Made by a program: the position numbers and the translations under genes. A stretch of 61,201 nt of DNA, filler included. It is 4 parts of 4 records of this genome, joined end to end, with 100 filler letters (N's around TTAATTAATTAA, not from the genome) between each part and the next. Parts side by side here need not be neighbours in the genome. Positions count along the whole stretch, not along the records: positions 1 to 21,255 come from DRR378314_1371; 3 more parts are not named here. The stretch is one strand, 5' to 3'. Positions 7,238 to 18,313 of the stretch are shown here, in pieces (within the stretch, counting starts at the first letter, position 1; each line of letters begins with the position of its first letter). The notes beneath the pieces are model-generated. The model was not told where the DNA came from, made no database searches, and saw only the letters and a program-made list of their open reading frames with translations.

Positions 7238-8734
7238 ATGAAAAAAACACTATCCCTCTTATCACTTATCCTGTGTATTTCTCTTTCGGCGCAGGATGAT
7301 GTTGCCATAAAATCACAGGTCGCACATGCCATCAACGAGATTCGTGAATTTATAGCCATTCCCAACGATGCGCTGGATGCCGCTGATATTGACCGAAACA
7401 TTATGTGGCTAAAACGAAAGTTCGGGGAAAGGGGATTTAACACTGCCGTTTTGGATACCGAAGGGCTTCCTTTGTTTTTTGCAGCTACCCCGGTGAGCGG
7501 AGAAAAACCTACGGTGCTTATTTATATGCATTTTGATGGGCAATCCGTTGACCCAACCCAATGGAATCAGCCCAACCCCTATCAAGTGGTTTTAAAAAAG
7601 CCCAATGAAAATGGTTTTGAAACCGTTTCCTTTGATGCACTGGGGGATGACATCAACTATGATTGGCGTTTGTTCGGAAGGTCCACTTCTGATGATAAAT
7701 CACCTATTGTGATGCTCTTGAATGCTATGGATTTGTTGAAGAAAGATGGCAAGGAAATCCCTTTCAATGTGAAGGTGATTTTGGATGGCGAAGAGGAAAA
7801 GAGCAGTAAGCCTTTGCCCGCCGCTGTAAAACAATATCGAGAACTGTTGGAATCCGATTTTTTGATGATCGTTGACGGACCTGTTCACGCTTCGGAAAAA
7901 CCAACTGTCGTTTATGGTTGTCGTGGCATCACCACCTTGACACTTACCACCTATGGCCCCATAAAACCGCAACATAGCGGACATTACGGCAATTATGCTC
8001 CCAACCCAGGATTTCAACTGGCACAATTGCTGGCAGGAATGAAAGATACCGAAGGTAGAGTGATCGTTCCAGGGTATTACGACGGCATTTCCATCAATGA
8101 AAAAACCGATTCCATACTAAAAAGTGTTCCTGATAGCGACGAGGCCATTGCAGAGAAACTTCAGTTTAAAACTGCCGAAAAAGTAGGTGGTTATTATCAA
8201 GAGGCTTTACAATACCCATCCTTGAACATTCGTGGTTTGGGTTCGGGATGGGTCGGTGAGAAAGCACGGACCATTGTTCCCGAAAGTGCAACTGCGGAAC
8301 TGGATTTAAGGTTGGTGGTAGAGAGTGATGGAAACCGTCTCAAAAGCTTGGTGAAGGACCATATCACTAAACAGGGATACAAAGTATTGGACCACATACC
8401 TTCCAAAGAAGAGCGTATGCAATTTGATAAAATCGTAACGGTGGAAGAAGGTAGCGTAACGGATGCGTTCCGAACCGAATTGGACAATCCTTATGGAAAA
8501 TTTATCGTCAATACTTTAAATAAAAGCTTTGGAGAAGAAGTGATTCAGATACGAACCATGGGCGGAACCGTTCCTATTTCCCCTTTTATCAACGAATTAA
8601 AGGTTCCTGCCTTTATTGTACCGGTGGTCAATCCTGATAACAACCAACACAGTCCCAACGAGAATGTCAAGATTGGACAATTGGCCTATGGGATTAAAGC
8701 GTTTTATGGAATTCTTTCCTCGGAAATGAATTAA
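7238..8734 (+). CDS. Secreted M20/M25/M40 family metallo-hydrolase
   Basis: Signal peptide MKKTLSLL...SAQ; HFDGQ, GRSTSDDK, DGEEE, HSGHYG, NQHSPNEN. Confidence 0.85.
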   Translation: MKKTLSLLSLILCISLSAQDDVAIKSQVAHAINEIREFIAIPNDALDAADIDRNIMWLKRKFGERGFNTAVLDTEGLPLFFAATPVSGEKPTVLIYMHFDGQSVDPTQWNQPNPYQVVLKKPNENGFETVSFDALGDDINYDWRLFGRSTSDDKSPIVMLLNAMDLLKKDGKEIPFNVKVILDGEEEKSSKPLPAAVKQYRELLESDFLMIVDGPVHASEKPTVVYGCRGITTLTLTTYGPIKPQHSGHYGNYAPNPGFQLAQLLAGMKDTEGRVIVPGYYDGISINEKTDSILKSVPDSDEAIAEKLQFKTAEKVGGYYQEALQYPSLNIRGLGSGWVGEKARTIVPESATAELDLRLVVESDGNRLKSLVKDHITKQGYKVLDHIPSKEERMQFDKIVTVEEGSVTDAFRTELDNPYGKFIVNTLNKSFGEEVIQIRTMGGTVPISPFINELKVPAFIVPVVNPDNNQHSPNENVKIGQLAYGIKAFYGILSSEMN

Positions 8735-9426
8735 AAAAACTTCCGATACTGCATTACCCTGAAGTCAAGAGTATTGAAATCGGGGTTTTTGTTTTTTAAA
8801 TCTTTATAGGCTTGTAAACTCCCAACAGCACGGTTAGCGGCGCCTGAAGGGGCGGTTAATGAGACGGTTTTAACCGTTCTCGACTGCCCTAGAACTGACA
8901 AGTCAGAATCAAGAGGCAGTTCCAAATGATGGATGCGAGGTACTTCGTTGGAGACAACTTTTAACTTCAGGTCATGTTCTTTCAATTGCCTGCGAAAGAA
9001 ATATTCTGGTCCGTTTTTACTATTTCCTCCGGTGAACAAAAGTGTCCTAATGTTCGGGTATTTCTGTAAGTACCCCACCAAATCCCGGAGCACTACGTTC
9101 TGCATCCCCAAATCGGAAGCATCTATTTTTTCACGTTCGGCACTCTCCACAATATCGCAGACCCCAATTTTATTTTCAATCAGAAAACGCTTGCGTTGCT
9201 CAACAGCTTTATTTGTGGTTTCGTACTTTAATCCCAAGTCAAAGATTTTATCCAAAATGGGCCACAATTGTCCATTGCAACTGCCATAACAGAAATCCAC
9301 GTCTTGTGGCTTTAGTTCTCCCGTGGTAAAACGAGGTGGCGGCAAAGTACCCACAATCAATTTAGTGGCCTCGGGCAACAAAAAAGGTTCGTATGGATGG
9401 GTATGCTTAAAGAGTTTTGAACTCAA
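8731..9426 (-). CDS. Uracil-DNA glycosylase superfamily (MUG/HDG-like) protein
   Basis: LIVGTLPPP, FCYG...GQLW, GVCDI, APSGAAN; TTG start uncertain. Confidence 0.75.
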   Translation of the reverse strand: MSSKLFKHTHPYEPFLLPEATKLIVGTLPPPRFTTGELKPQDVDFCYGSCNGQLWPILDKIFDLGLKYETTNKAVEQRKRFLIENKIGVCDIVESAEREKIDASDLGMQNVVLRDLVGYLQKYPNIRTLLFTGGNSKNGPEYFFRRQLKEHDLKLKVVSNEVPRIHHLELPLDSDLSVLGQSRTVKTVSLTAPSGAANRAVGSLQAYKDLKNKNPDFNTLDFRVMQYRKFF

Positions 9427-9521
9427 AGCTTCAAGTTTTAAGTTTTCTTATCTGAGCACCTATAAATAATCAGCGTAATACTAAATTATAAGCATTACAC
9501 TGATTGAATATAAAAGTTTGT

Positions 9522-9549
9522 GAGACCCTGAGACAAGCTCAGGGTGACG
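9522..9549 (-). repeat. Solo CGTCA-tagged REP-like hairpin downstream of ppc
   Basis: Minus strand CGTCACCCTGAGCTTGTCTCAGGGTCTC; stem ACCCTGAG/CTCAGGGT. Confidence 0.7.
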
Positions 9550-9566
9550 GCAGTATTAATCCGAGA

Positions 9567-12113
9567 TTAAGCGGAGTTCCTACTCGCATTAATGTTTCCG
9601 TAGAGTGAACGGGTCACTATCTTTTCGTATAGTTCTTTATACTTGGAATTTTGGGTGATGTGGTACAAGGCATTTTGCTGAATCACCAACAATGGCAATA
9701 CAATTTTTTCCCTGATTTTTACTGATTCCCTCGAAACAGCTTCATCCTCCATCAAAATCTTAAGTCCAGAAATCTGCAATAACATCTTTTTGGACAACTG
9801 GAATTCATCGTGCAAAATGTTCCAGAAGTCTCCAAACTCAGGGTCATCCTTCATATAACTGGTCAAATCAAAGTTGGATTTGGCCAAGGACATCATACTG
9901 TTCAGCATTAATGCCTTAAAGAAAGGAACCTCTTTGTAGAGTTTTTTCACCTCGTTCAATCGCCCCTCTTCCTTTAACTCCATAATGGCAGAACCCAAAC
10001 CGAAGTAGCCTGGAACATTCTGTTTTAACTGGCTCCAAGAACCTACAAAGGAAATGGCTCGCAGGTCGGAAAGCGTTAACTGTTTTTTGTTGCCACGTTT
10101 ACCCGGTCTACTACCAATATTGGCCTTGGTGTAATATTTTAGGGTACTCCTGTTTTCCAAATAAGGAATGAATTTCTCGTGCTGCTTCAACGCATCATAC
10201 TTTTCAAAACTTAGTTCGGAAAGTTCTTCAATCAATTTACGTTGCGCAGCAGAAATGGTATGCTCCTTGCCAAAAAGATTATTGCTCAAGCCAGCGGTGA
10301 GCATTTGTTCGGAATTGTGAATAAACTGCTCCTTAGTCCCGTAGGTACTGGTAATGGTCTGCCCTTGAATGGTAAGCTGAATCTCGTGATTGGCCACATC
10401 CTTGGTCTGGGCGGCGTAGAACCTGTGGGTCTTACCTCCACCCCTTGCCGGTGGTCCTCCCCTACCATCAAAGAAAATGGCACTGATTCCGTTTTTCTTG
10501 CAGACTTTGCTCAAGGTTTCTTTTGTCTTCAAAATGGACCAGTTGGCTTTTAAATACCCCCCATCTTTGGTACCGTCGGAAAATCCGAGCATTATGGTGT
10601 GAATGTCTCTTCTTCGCTCTAGGTGCCGTCTATATTGTGGTATATCGAACAAGGTTTGCATCACTTCTTCGGAAGCATCCATACCGTTCATGGTCTCGAA
10701 CAATGGAACAATATCAAAAGTGATTTCCTTCTCATCCCAACCGCACCATCTGAACAATCCAAACACGAACAACACGGAAAAAATATCTTCGGAATTACTG
10801 ATGATGTACCGGTTGCATCCATCTTCACCGTTTTTGTCTTGGATTGCTTTTAAATTTTGAATGTTGACAATGGTATCTTTTACAATGTCATCGTCAAAAT
10901 CTTTTGGATTGAGCTTAAAGTCCTTCTTGAGCAACAAATCCACCAACTCCTTTTCCTTGAGCTCATCCAAACTTGTTTTGATGGCCCCTTGCTTTTTCAG
11001 CACGGTTTCCACCACCATTTTATGTTTGCTGTGATCTTGACGGATATCCAAGGTTGCAAAATGTGTTTTAAAGATGTGGACCTTATCTATAAACTGATCC
11101 AACTCATCCAAATATAAGCCGTGATAATGTTCGATCAACTCTTCTCTAACGGCACCTAAATGTTCAATAATTCCCTCGTAGGAAATAGGTGCATCAGGAT
11201 TAAACATGGCCTGGTACATTTTACCGCTCAGCTCATTGAGGTGTCCCTGCATTCCTTTAAAAGTCAACTTTTTTCGAAGGTCCTTCAATTCGTTGTAGTA
11301 GCATTTCATCAAGGTAAGCCTGAGTTCGTCGGCCACATGTTTGGTGATGTCGGCAGTTACAAATGGGTTTCCATCTCGGTCACCTCCAGGCCAAAATCCA
11401 AGCTTCATCAAGTTGTAGTTCTCGAACTTTTCGTCCTTGATATTACTTTTTACATATTGATAAAGCTCTCCAACGGCATCATAATAGGTGTTTCGAAGAA
11501 TGTAGATGATGTTTTTCGCCTCATCCAAGGGCGTAGGTTTTTTTGCATTGATCAAAGAGGTCAATCCCAATTGTTGCAAGGTTACATCAATATCATGGAT
11601 TCTATCTTCATCAATCAACGAACGTAGTTCTGCGATGATATCCAAAACGGCAGGTGTATAGAACTGTGTGGGGTGGGCCGTTAAAACGATGCGTGCACTA
11701 AAGGTGGAAAGTTTTTTGGAAACCTTGTCCCAATTTTTGGTACGGTTTACCAATTCAAAATAATCCTTTATGGTCAACGAACTACTGTACTCTTGCAATT
11801 TTGGGAATGCTGAATCTTCCACACTGTCGTAAAGTACCACTTGACGCTCCACATATTGAACGATTCTGAACATAAAATCCAATCGCTCCCGTTCGTCCTG
11901 AATATCCACAAAGTTGGAAAAGAAGACCTCCAAAATCTCCTGCGGCTCCTTGCCTGCCTTTAGTCCTTTCTCGCATTGATCGAGCAAAAGTGGGATGAGA
12001 ATCCCCACATTTTCCACATTCTTGTAGGGCAAGCTAAGGAAAAGGCTGTTATAGATATTGAACTTATTGGTTACCGATTTTTTAAACTCTTCTAACCGTT
12101 TAGTCTGCTGCAT
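9567..12113 (-). CDS. ppc: Phosphoenolpyruvate carboxylase
   Basis: VLTAHPT, WPGGDRDGNP, VPLFET, MLGFSDGTKDGG, GRGG...RGG, LRAI, C-terminal RNSA. Confidence 0.95.
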   Translation of the reverse strand: MQQTKRLEEFKKSVTNKFNIYNSLFLSLPYKNVENVGILIPLLLDQCEKGLKAGKEPQEILEVFFSNFVDIQDERERLDFMFRIVQYVERQVVLYDSVEDSAFPKLQEYSSSLTIKDYFELVNRTKNWDKVSKKLSTFSARIVLTAHPTQFYTPAVLDIIAELRSLIDEDRIHDIDVTLQQLGLTSLINAKKPTPLDEAKNIIYILRNTYYDAVGELYQYVKSNIKDEKFENYNLMKLGFWPGGDRDGNPFVTADITKHVADELRLTLMKCYYNELKDLRKKLTFKGMQGHLNELSGKMYQAMFNPDAPISYEGIIEHLGAVREELIEHYHGLYLDELDQFIDKVHIFKTHFATLDIRQDHSKHKMVVETVLKKQGAIKTSLDELKEKELVDLLLKKDFKLNPKDFDDDIVKDTIVNIQNLKAIQDKNGEDGCNRYIISNSEDIFSVLFVFGLFRWCGWDEKEITFDIVPLFETMNGMDASEEVMQTLFDIPQYRRHLERRRDIHTIMLGFSDGTKDGGYLKANWSILKTKETLSKVCKKNGISAIFFDGRGGPPARGGGKTHRFYAAQTKDVANHEIQLTIQGQTITSTYGTKEQFIHNSEQMLTAGLSNNLFGKEHTISAAQRKLIEELSELSFEKYDALKQHEKFIPYLENRSTLKYYTKANIGSRPGKRGNKKQLTLSDLRAISFVGSWSQLKQNVPGYFGLGSAIMELKEEGRLNEVKKLYKEVPFFKALMLNSMMSLAKSNFDLTSYMKDDPEFGDFWNILHDEFQLSKKMLLQISGLKILMEDEAVSRESVKIREKIVLPLLVIQQNALYHITQNSKYKELYEKIVTRSLYGNINASRNSA

Positions 12114-12286
12114 AAATATGTTTTATGTTAGTGTTAAAAATAGACAAACACTCAAAGGTCGTGAATAAAGTGTAACCTCTGGGTTAAATTTAAGCGTATC
12201 ACAATTTAAGGTATGCGCACACCTAGCGTAACAACATACCTTGTCGTCTATAACTTAAAGATTACTCTGGATTTTACCAAAGTTTT

Positions 12287-13048
12287 TTATCGGATGAACA
12301 CAGGTTCGTTTTTATTCACCGTGTGCTCTTCGCTATAAAGATAACCATCGTAGTCAAAATTCTTGATGTCATCCAAAGTTTCCGCACCTGAATCCAAGAT
12401 GTAACGAACCATGGAACCACGCGCTTTTTTGGCGTAGAAACTGATGACTTTCAACCTGTCGTTTTTCCAATCTTTAAAGACCGGTGCGATTACCGGAACC
12501 TTCAGGTTTTTATCGTCCACCGCGCTGAAGTATTCGTTGCTCGCCAAGTTCACGAACAATTCATCATCCTTAAGTTCTTTGTTTAAGGATTCTGTGATTT
12601 GGTCCTGCCAAAATTCGTACAAGTTCTTTTTACGACCCACTTTCAATTGTGTTCCCATTTCCAATCGGTACGGCTGCATCAAATCCAAGGGTTTCAGCAC
12701 CCCGTAAAGGCCGGACAAAATTCGCAAGGTATCCTGCAAGCGGTCCAACTTATCTTCGGGGATGGTATAGGCATCCAAACCTTGGTACACATCACCATTG
12801 AATGCATAAACGGCAGGTCTCGCATTCTCCGTGGTAAAGGGAAGTTCAAATTTCTGGTTACGCTCCCAATTTAAATCGGCCAGCTTATCGGAAATGGACA
12901 TCAATTCAGATAAAGCTTTGGGCTTTTTCTTTTTTAGGACGGAATTCAGTTTTTCCGCTTGCTCCAAAAATTGGGGTTCGCTATATTTCGATGTAGGCAA
13001 AGTCGTATCGTAATCCAATGACTTTGCTGGAGATATCACAATTTTCAT
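12287..13048 (-). CDS. yaaA: Peroxide stress protein YaaA (UPF0246)
   Basis: [38 protein letters not shown]. Confidence 0.93.
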   Translation of the reverse strand: MKIVISPAKSLDYDTTLPTSKYSEPQFLEQAEKLNSVLKKKKPKALSELMSISDKLADLNWERNQKFELPFTTENARPAVYAFNGDVYQGLDAYTIPEDKLDRLQDTLRILSGLYGVLKPLDLMQPYRLEMGTQLKVGRKKNLYEFWQDQITESLNKELKDDELFVNLASNEYFSAVDDKNLKVPVIAPVFKDWKNDRLKVISFYAKKARGSMVRYILDSGAETLDDIKNFDYDGYLYSEEHTVNKNEPVFIR

Positions 13049-13136
13049 CTTGTTCTAATTTTTGTAAAAATAACGATGATTTTACTTATTTGGAAGGGTA
13101 TTCCAATGGTGTTTTCAATCTTAAGATTGAAGAAAA

Positions 13137-14171
13137 CTATGATTCGTGATGCTTAGAGTAGCCCCGCCACTTTTCTATTCCATTCACCATATCCTCGGGC
13201 AGTTCGGAATCAAAACGCATAAACTCGCCCGTTACGGGGTGTTCAAAACCAAGGGTTTTGGCGTGCAATGCTTGTCTGGGCAATACCTTAAAAGTATTAT
13301 CCACAAACTGTTTGTACTTGGTAAATGTGGTACCCTTTAAAATTTTGTCGCCCCCATAACGTTCGTCGTTGAACAGCGTATGGCCAATAAATTTCATGTG
13401 TACCCTAATTTGATGCGTTCTGCCCGTTTCCAGTTTACAGGAAACCAAGGTAACATAGCCAAAACGTTCCAACACCTTGTAATGGGTTACTGCTTCTTTG
13501 CCCTCGTCACCTTCAGGAAACACCATCATTTGCAGACGATTTTTAGGGTTTCGGGCAATATGCCCTTCCACGGTCCCTTCGTCTTCTTCCACATTGCCCC
13601 AAACCAAGGCTACGTATTCGCGCTCACTAGTCTTGTCAAAAAATTGTTTGGCCAAATGGGTCATTGCAGATTCTGTTTTGGCAATCACCAATAAGCCCGA
13701 AGTGTCTTTATCAATTCGGTGCACCAGTCCAGGCCTGTCCGAACTATTGTTGGGCAAGTTTTCAAAATGATAGACCAAGGCATTGATCAAAGTGCCTGAA
13801 TAATTTCCATGACCTGGATGCACGACCATGCCTGCGGGTTTGTTCACCACCAAAAGCACATCATCTTCATAAACAATGTCCAGGGGAATGTTCTCGGGGG
13901 TCAACAAAAATTCGTAAGGTGGATGCTCGAACATCACTTTTACCTCATCCCCTGCCTTTACTTTGTAATTTTGCTTAACAATGGAACCGTTCACCCAAAT
14001 ATGGCCTTTTTTGGCGGCTTGCTGAATTTTGTTCCGCGTAGCGTTCTCGATAAAGTTCATCAGGAATTTGTCCACGCGCAATGGATCCTGGCCCTTGGAG
14101 GCCACAAAACCGTGATGCTCATAGAGGTCATCCTGTGAAAGTTCGTCCTGATTATCGGGAGTATCCATCAT
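13137..14171 (-). CDS. rluD: RluA-family pseudouridine synthase with S4 domain (RluD-like)
   Basis: NKPAGMVVHP, HRIDKDTSG catalytic Asp, TGRTHQIRVH, QALHA. Confidence 0.88.
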   Translation of the reverse strand: MMDTPDNQDELSQDDLYEHHGFVASKGQDPLRVDKFLMNFIENATRNKIQQAAKKGHIWVNGSIVKQNYKVKAGDEVKVMFEHPPYEFLLTPENIPLDIVYEDDVLLVVNKPAGMVVHPGHGNYSGTLINALVYHFENLPNNSSDRPGLVHRIDKDTSGLLVIAKTESAMTHLAKQFFDKTSEREYVALVWGNVEEDEGTVEGHIARNPKNRLQMMVFPEGDEGKEAVTHYKVLERFGYVTLVSCKLETGRTHQIRVHMKFIGHTLFNDERYGGDKILKGTTFTKYKQFVDNTFKVLPRQALHAKTLGFEHPVTGEFMRFDSELPEDMVNGIEKWRGYSKHHES

Positions 14172-14758
14172 TAGTTAGAGTCAGCCTGAACCCTAGCGCT
14201 ACCGGTAATGGTACCGTTGCCGCATATCAGCTCCACTTTGGAAGTTTTGGGCAATCGGTCACCGGGACTCAAATATTTCCCCTTATACTTCATTCGGTAT
14301 ACCATATCCTTGCCCAACTCGTCAATATAGGTAACGCGTTCCACATCCAATCCTACGGCCCTCAACATAGAAGTGGCATTCCGTTGGGTTACCTGAATAA
14401 TATCCGGTACGCTTACCTTTTTGTATCCTGATGGGTTTACCGTAAAATAAATTTTACGGTTGGATTTGACTTTGTTGCCTGCTGGCGGATTTTGGTCCAA
14501 TATAGAAAATCGTGGATAGTCCGGATTAAAGTCTGAAGAGTCCAACACTTGGTATCTCAACCCTGCTTCCTCCACTGCTTCGCGCATCTCCATTACCGAC
14601 ATTTTGGAAAAATCGGGTACTTCTACAAATTCACCATGGTTGGTCGTACTCTTGAGCCATTGCAGGGAAAGAAACACCAAAATCAAAACTGCAGCAGCAG
14701 CCAAACCAAGCTGAATTAAAAAAGTCTTGCTTTTTAAAAAGTTGAAAAAATTTTTCAT
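14171..14758 (-). CDS. PASTA domain-containing membrane protein
   Basis: N-terminal TM; VEVPDF, QNPPAG, VSVPDI PASTA-like repeats; alternative GTG start at 14767. Confidence 0.8.
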   Translation of the reverse strand: MKNFFNFLKSKTFLIQLGLAAAAVLILVFLSLQWLKSTTNHGEFVEVPDFSKMSVMEMREAVEEAGLRYQVLDSSDFNPDYPRFSILDQNPPAGNKVKSNRKIYFTVNPSGYKKVSVPDIIQVTQRNATSMLRAVGLDVERVTYIDELGKDMVYRMKYKGKYLSPGDRLPKTSKVELICGNGTITGSARVQADSN

Positions 14759-14777
14759 GTAGTTCACCTTATCGGAA

Positions 14778-14785
14778 CAAAGATA
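14778..14785 (-). promoter_or_regulatory. Bacteroidota -7 promoter element for PASTA-rluD
   Basis: Minus strand TATCTTTG matches TAnnTTTG just upstream of the PASTA gene. Confidence 0.6.
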
Positions 14786-14837
14786 GGAAAGCCAACCCTT
14801 TTTTCTTTATTTTGGCTTTACGATATTTTACAAGTCA

Positions 14838-15812
14838 ATGAAAAAGAACATTGCCATAATAATGGGGGGCTATTCCAGCGAGTACCATATTTCCATAAAA
14901 AGCGGAAATGTGGTTCACAAGTATCTGGACAGGAGCAAATACAATCCGTACCGAATTATAATTACCAAGGACCGCTGGGTTTATTTGGATGAAACCGGGA
15001 ATGAGCATCCCTTGGGAAAATCCGACTTTAGCCTTACCATTGATGGTGACCAGGTACAATTCGACTGTGTTTTCAATGCCATCCACGGAACCCCCGGAGA
15101 AGATGGACTGATGCAGGCATACTTTGAGTTATTGGGCATTCCACAAACCTCCTGTAACCATTACGAAGCTGCGCTCACCTTTAATAAACGGGACTTATTG
15201 AGCACCTTAAAACCTTATGGGATTCCTTGCGCAACTTCTTATTATTTAAACAAGGGACAAAAAGTTGAAGAAGATGCGATTATCAACAAAGTTGGCCTTC
15301 CGTGTTTTGTAAAAGCAAATAGAGCTGGCAGTAGCTACGGCGTTTCCAAGGTACACAAAAAAGAAGATTTGGGCAGCGCCATTGAAAGTGCTTTTAAGGA
15401 AGACACGCAAATTATTATCGAGTCCTTTTTGGACGGCACTGAAGTTTCTGTGGGTGTGATCACCTATCAAAATGAAGTAACTGTGCTCCCAGCGACCGAG
15501 ATTATATCGGAAAACGATTTTTTTGACTTTGAGGCCAAATACATGGGTAAATCAGAAGAGGTTACCCCAGCCAGGATTTCTGAAAAGCAAGAATCCACTG
15601 TAAGGCAATTGGCTGAGTTTATTTACAAAACCCTAGGTTTGAAAGGCTATACTCGAAGTGAATTTATTTTTATTGGGGATGAACCCCATCTACTAGAGAT
15701 CAATACTACCCCGGGGCTTACCGAGGAAAGCCTTCTGCCGCAACAGGCCAGAACGGCAGGAATTTCCCTAGAGGCACTTTTTGATAGTGCGATAGTTGAA
15801 GCTTTGCGATAG
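14838..15812 (+). CDS. ddl: D-alanine--D-alanine ligase
   Basis: GGYSSE, HGTPGEDG, GSSYGV, EINTTPG. Confidence 0.95.
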   Translation: MKKNIAIIMGGYSSEYHISIKSGNVVHKYLDRSKYNPYRIIITKDRWVYLDETGNEHPLGKSDFSLTIDGDQVQFDCVFNAIHGTPGEDGLMQAYFELLGIPQTSCNHYEAALTFNKRDLLSTLKPYGIPCATSYYLNKGQKVEEDAIINKVGLPCFVKANRAGSSYGVSKVHKKEDLGSAIESAFKEDTQIIIESFLDGTEVSVGVITYQNEVTVLPATEIISENDFFDFEAKYMGKSEEVTPARISEKQESTVRQLAEFIYKTLGLKGYTRSEFIFIGDEPHLLEINTTPGLTEESLLPQQARTAGISLEALFDSAIVEALR

Positions 15813-15846
15813 AAACCGTATTTTTAAAAAACTTTTATTCCACAAC

Positions 15847-16302
15847 ATGAGACGTGCATTGTTCCCCGGTTCCTTTGATCCACTCACTTTAGGACATTAC
15901 GATATTATTAAAAGAGGGGTCACCCTTTTTGATGAGTTGGTGATTGCCATCGGAATCAATGCGGACAAAACATATATGTTTTCGTTGGAAGAACGCGTTA
16001 AATTTATTGAGGAAGCGTTTAAAGACGAACCGAAAATCAAGGTGACTACTTACCAAGGAATGACGGTTGACTTCTGCAAAAAAATTGAGGCCACTTTTAT
16101 TTTGAGGGGATTGCGCAATCCAGCGGATTTCGAGTTTGAAAAAGCCATTGCCCATACCAACAGAAAACTTTCAGAAATTGAAACTGTTTTTCTATTGACA
16201 TCCTCTGGTAAATCTTACATTAGTTCTTCCATTGTCCGGGATGTAATTAGAAATGGCGGTGACTATACCGGTTTGGTACCGGAGACCGTTGTGGTAAAAT
16301 AA
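15847..16302 (+). CDS. coaD: Pantetheine-phosphate adenylyltransferase
   Basis: FPGSFDPLTLGH, RGLR, DFEFE, ISSS. Confidence 0.95.
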   Translation: MRRALFPGSFDPLTLGHYDIIKRGVTLFDELVIAIGINADKTYMFSLEERVKFIEEAFKDEPKIKVTTYQGMTVDFCKKIEATFILRGLRNPADFEFEKAIAHTNRKLSEIETVFLLTSSGKSYISSSIVRDVIRNGGDYTGLVPETVVVK

Positions 16303-16486
16303 AATCTTCGGAAAATTAAAGTGTAAGTAATTTCTTTCAGTTACATTTTACGCCAAATGTAGCTTAATCGACCAAATACCACATTAACACGTGTTTTCAC
16401 AACAATAAATCCTTTAATATATTGAATAATCTTACTTTGGTCAGAAATTTCTTAGAGGTAGAACGTTTTTAAAGATCCCCCAAGAT

Positions 16487-18313
16487 TTGAAAGCAATTGA
16501 GAGAGTAGACCAATTTTATTTATTGAAACAATTGCCCAAGGCAACGGCCCTTCTCGACAAGGAAGGCGTTCTTTTGGATGCTTCCTGTTCTTGGTTGGAA
16601 ATTTTCTGTTTACCTCATATAAACAAGAAGCAAAGCATAAAAATCTTCAACTTGCTTCCAGAGGCTGGGAATCTTCAACAAAAGCTCGAAGAAAATAAAT
16701 CTTTCAATTTACAACATAAGGTAACCCACAACAATGATACCCGCCATTTAAAAAGTTATTTTGCCCCTTGGTTCGATGAAAAAGAAAACGTAATCGGAAC
16801 CATTATCCAAACCGATGATATTACCACTCAAATCGAAAAGGAGCATGAGCTAAGTTGGTTAAAAAACATTCTCGACACCAAAGCCGAAGCCTCCAAAACG
16901 GGTTGGTGGGAATATGAAGTTGAAACGGAAAAACTTACTTGGTGTAAAGAAACCAAAAGAATACACCAAGTTCCCCATTTTTACGAACCTACCGCAATAG
17001 AGGCGATTGAGTTTTACAAGAACGGACATAGCCGAAATAAAGTTGCGATGGTTTTCCACAAAGCAATAGCAAACCATCAACCCTATGATGTTAAAATAAT
17101 CATCGTGACCTTTAATGGTGACGAACGATGGGTTAGAATAACAGGAAGACCAATCATATGCAATGGGAAAGCCGTAAAGATCTTTGGAACCATAAAAGAC
17201 ATTCACGACCAGGAAATGGCCGAGACCAAAATAAAGGAGAACCAACAACTGCTCACAACCTTGGTCGACAGTCTTCCCTTGAATGTTTATGTAAAAGATT
17301 TGGAATCCAAAAAAGTGTTGGTAAATAAAGGGGAGTGCAATTATCTCAACAAAAGTGAGGATCAGATTATAGGTAAAAGCGACTTCGACCTGTACGATGA
17401 GGAAATGGCCAAAGTTTCCAGAGAAGAGGATTTGCAAGTCATGAAGCACCTTACTCCCATAATAGGCAAAGAGACCTCCATAACCCTTAATGGCAAGACC
17501 ACACATTTTTTGACCTCCAAAATCCCATATTTTGATTTGGACGGCAAGGTTAGTGGCCTGATTGGTATGAGTTTGGACATATCGGCCATGAAAAACAAAC
17601 AAAGGGAACTCTGCAACTTGATTAAAATAACCTCTAGTCAAAACCAAAAGCTTATCAGTTTTGCACATATCGTTTCACACAATTTACGATCCCATTCTGC
17701 CAATTTTTCCATGCTTTTAGGTTTTTTGAATTCAGAGAAAGACCAGAACGAACGGGAACGCATCATAAAAATGCTTAGGCAGGCCTCGGACAACCAATTG
17801 GAAACCTTGGAAAACCTTAACCAAGTGGTTGACATCAATACCAAGGAGTCTGAAACCAAAAAACCGCTTAACCTAAAGAACAATATTGTTAGGGTATTGC
17901 AAGACCTTTCCGCTGTTCTGGAGAAGAATGATGCCCAAATCGTCAACAACGTAGCAGATACTATTGAGGTGAACTGTGCCCCGGCCTATTTGGACAGTAT
18001 TATTTTAAACCTAATTTCCAATGCGGTCAAATACAAAAGTCCCGACAGATTACCTTTGATTACAATAAATGCCGTAAAATCCAACGAGGGTGTATTGTTA
18101 AGCATTTCCGATAATGGGTTGGGAATAGATTTGGACAGATATGGTGACAAAATTTTTGGAATGTACAAAACATTCCACAACAGAAAAGATGCCAAAGGCT
18201 TTGGTCTTTACTTGATAAAGAACCAAATTGAAGCTATGGGCGGAAGTATAACAGTGCAGAGCGTAATTGACAAAGGCACTACATTTAATGTGTATTTTAA
18301 TGAAGAAAGTTAG
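16487..18313 (+). CDS. Cytoplasmic multi-PAS sensor histidine kinase
   Basis: PAS repeats; H-box VSHNLRSH, N-box NLISNAVKY, DNGLGID, GFGLYL; no TM segment evident. Confidence 0.9.
   Translation: MKAIERVDQFYLLKQLPKATALLDKEGVLLDASCSWLEIFCLPHINKKQSIKIFNLLPEAGNLQQKLEENKSFNLQHKVTHNNDTRHLKSYFAPWFDEKENVIGTIIQTDDITTQIEKEHELSWLKNILDTKAEASKTGWWEYEVETEKLTWCKETKRIHQVPHFYEPTAIEAIEFYKNGHSRNKVAMVFHKAIANHQPYDVKIIIVTFNGDERWVRITGRPIICNGKAVKIFGTIKDIHDQEMAETKIKENQQLLTTLVDSLPLNVYVKDLESKKVLVNKGECNYLNKSEDQIIGKSDFDLYDEEMAKVSREEDLQVMKHLTPIIGKETSITLNGKTTHFLTSKIPYFDLDGKVSGLIGMSLDISAMKNKQRELCNLIKITSSQNQKLISFAHIVSHNLRSHSANFSMLLGFLNSEKDQNERERIIKMLRQASDNQLETLENLNQVVDINTKESETKKPLNLKNNIVRVLQDLSAVLEKNDAQIVNNVADTIEVNCAPAYLDSIILNLISNAVKYKSPDRLPLITINAVKSNEGVLLSISDNGLGIDLDRYGDKIFGMYKTFHNRKDAKGFGLYLIKNQIEAMGGSITVQSVIDKGTTFNVYFNEES

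Noticed and set aside
9412-9446. Weak 7-periodic run (AAGCTTC AAGTTTT AAGTTTT) at the UDG-family start as a third heptamer element
   Set aside because: Low-complexity and AT-rich, with no convincing inverted partner arm.
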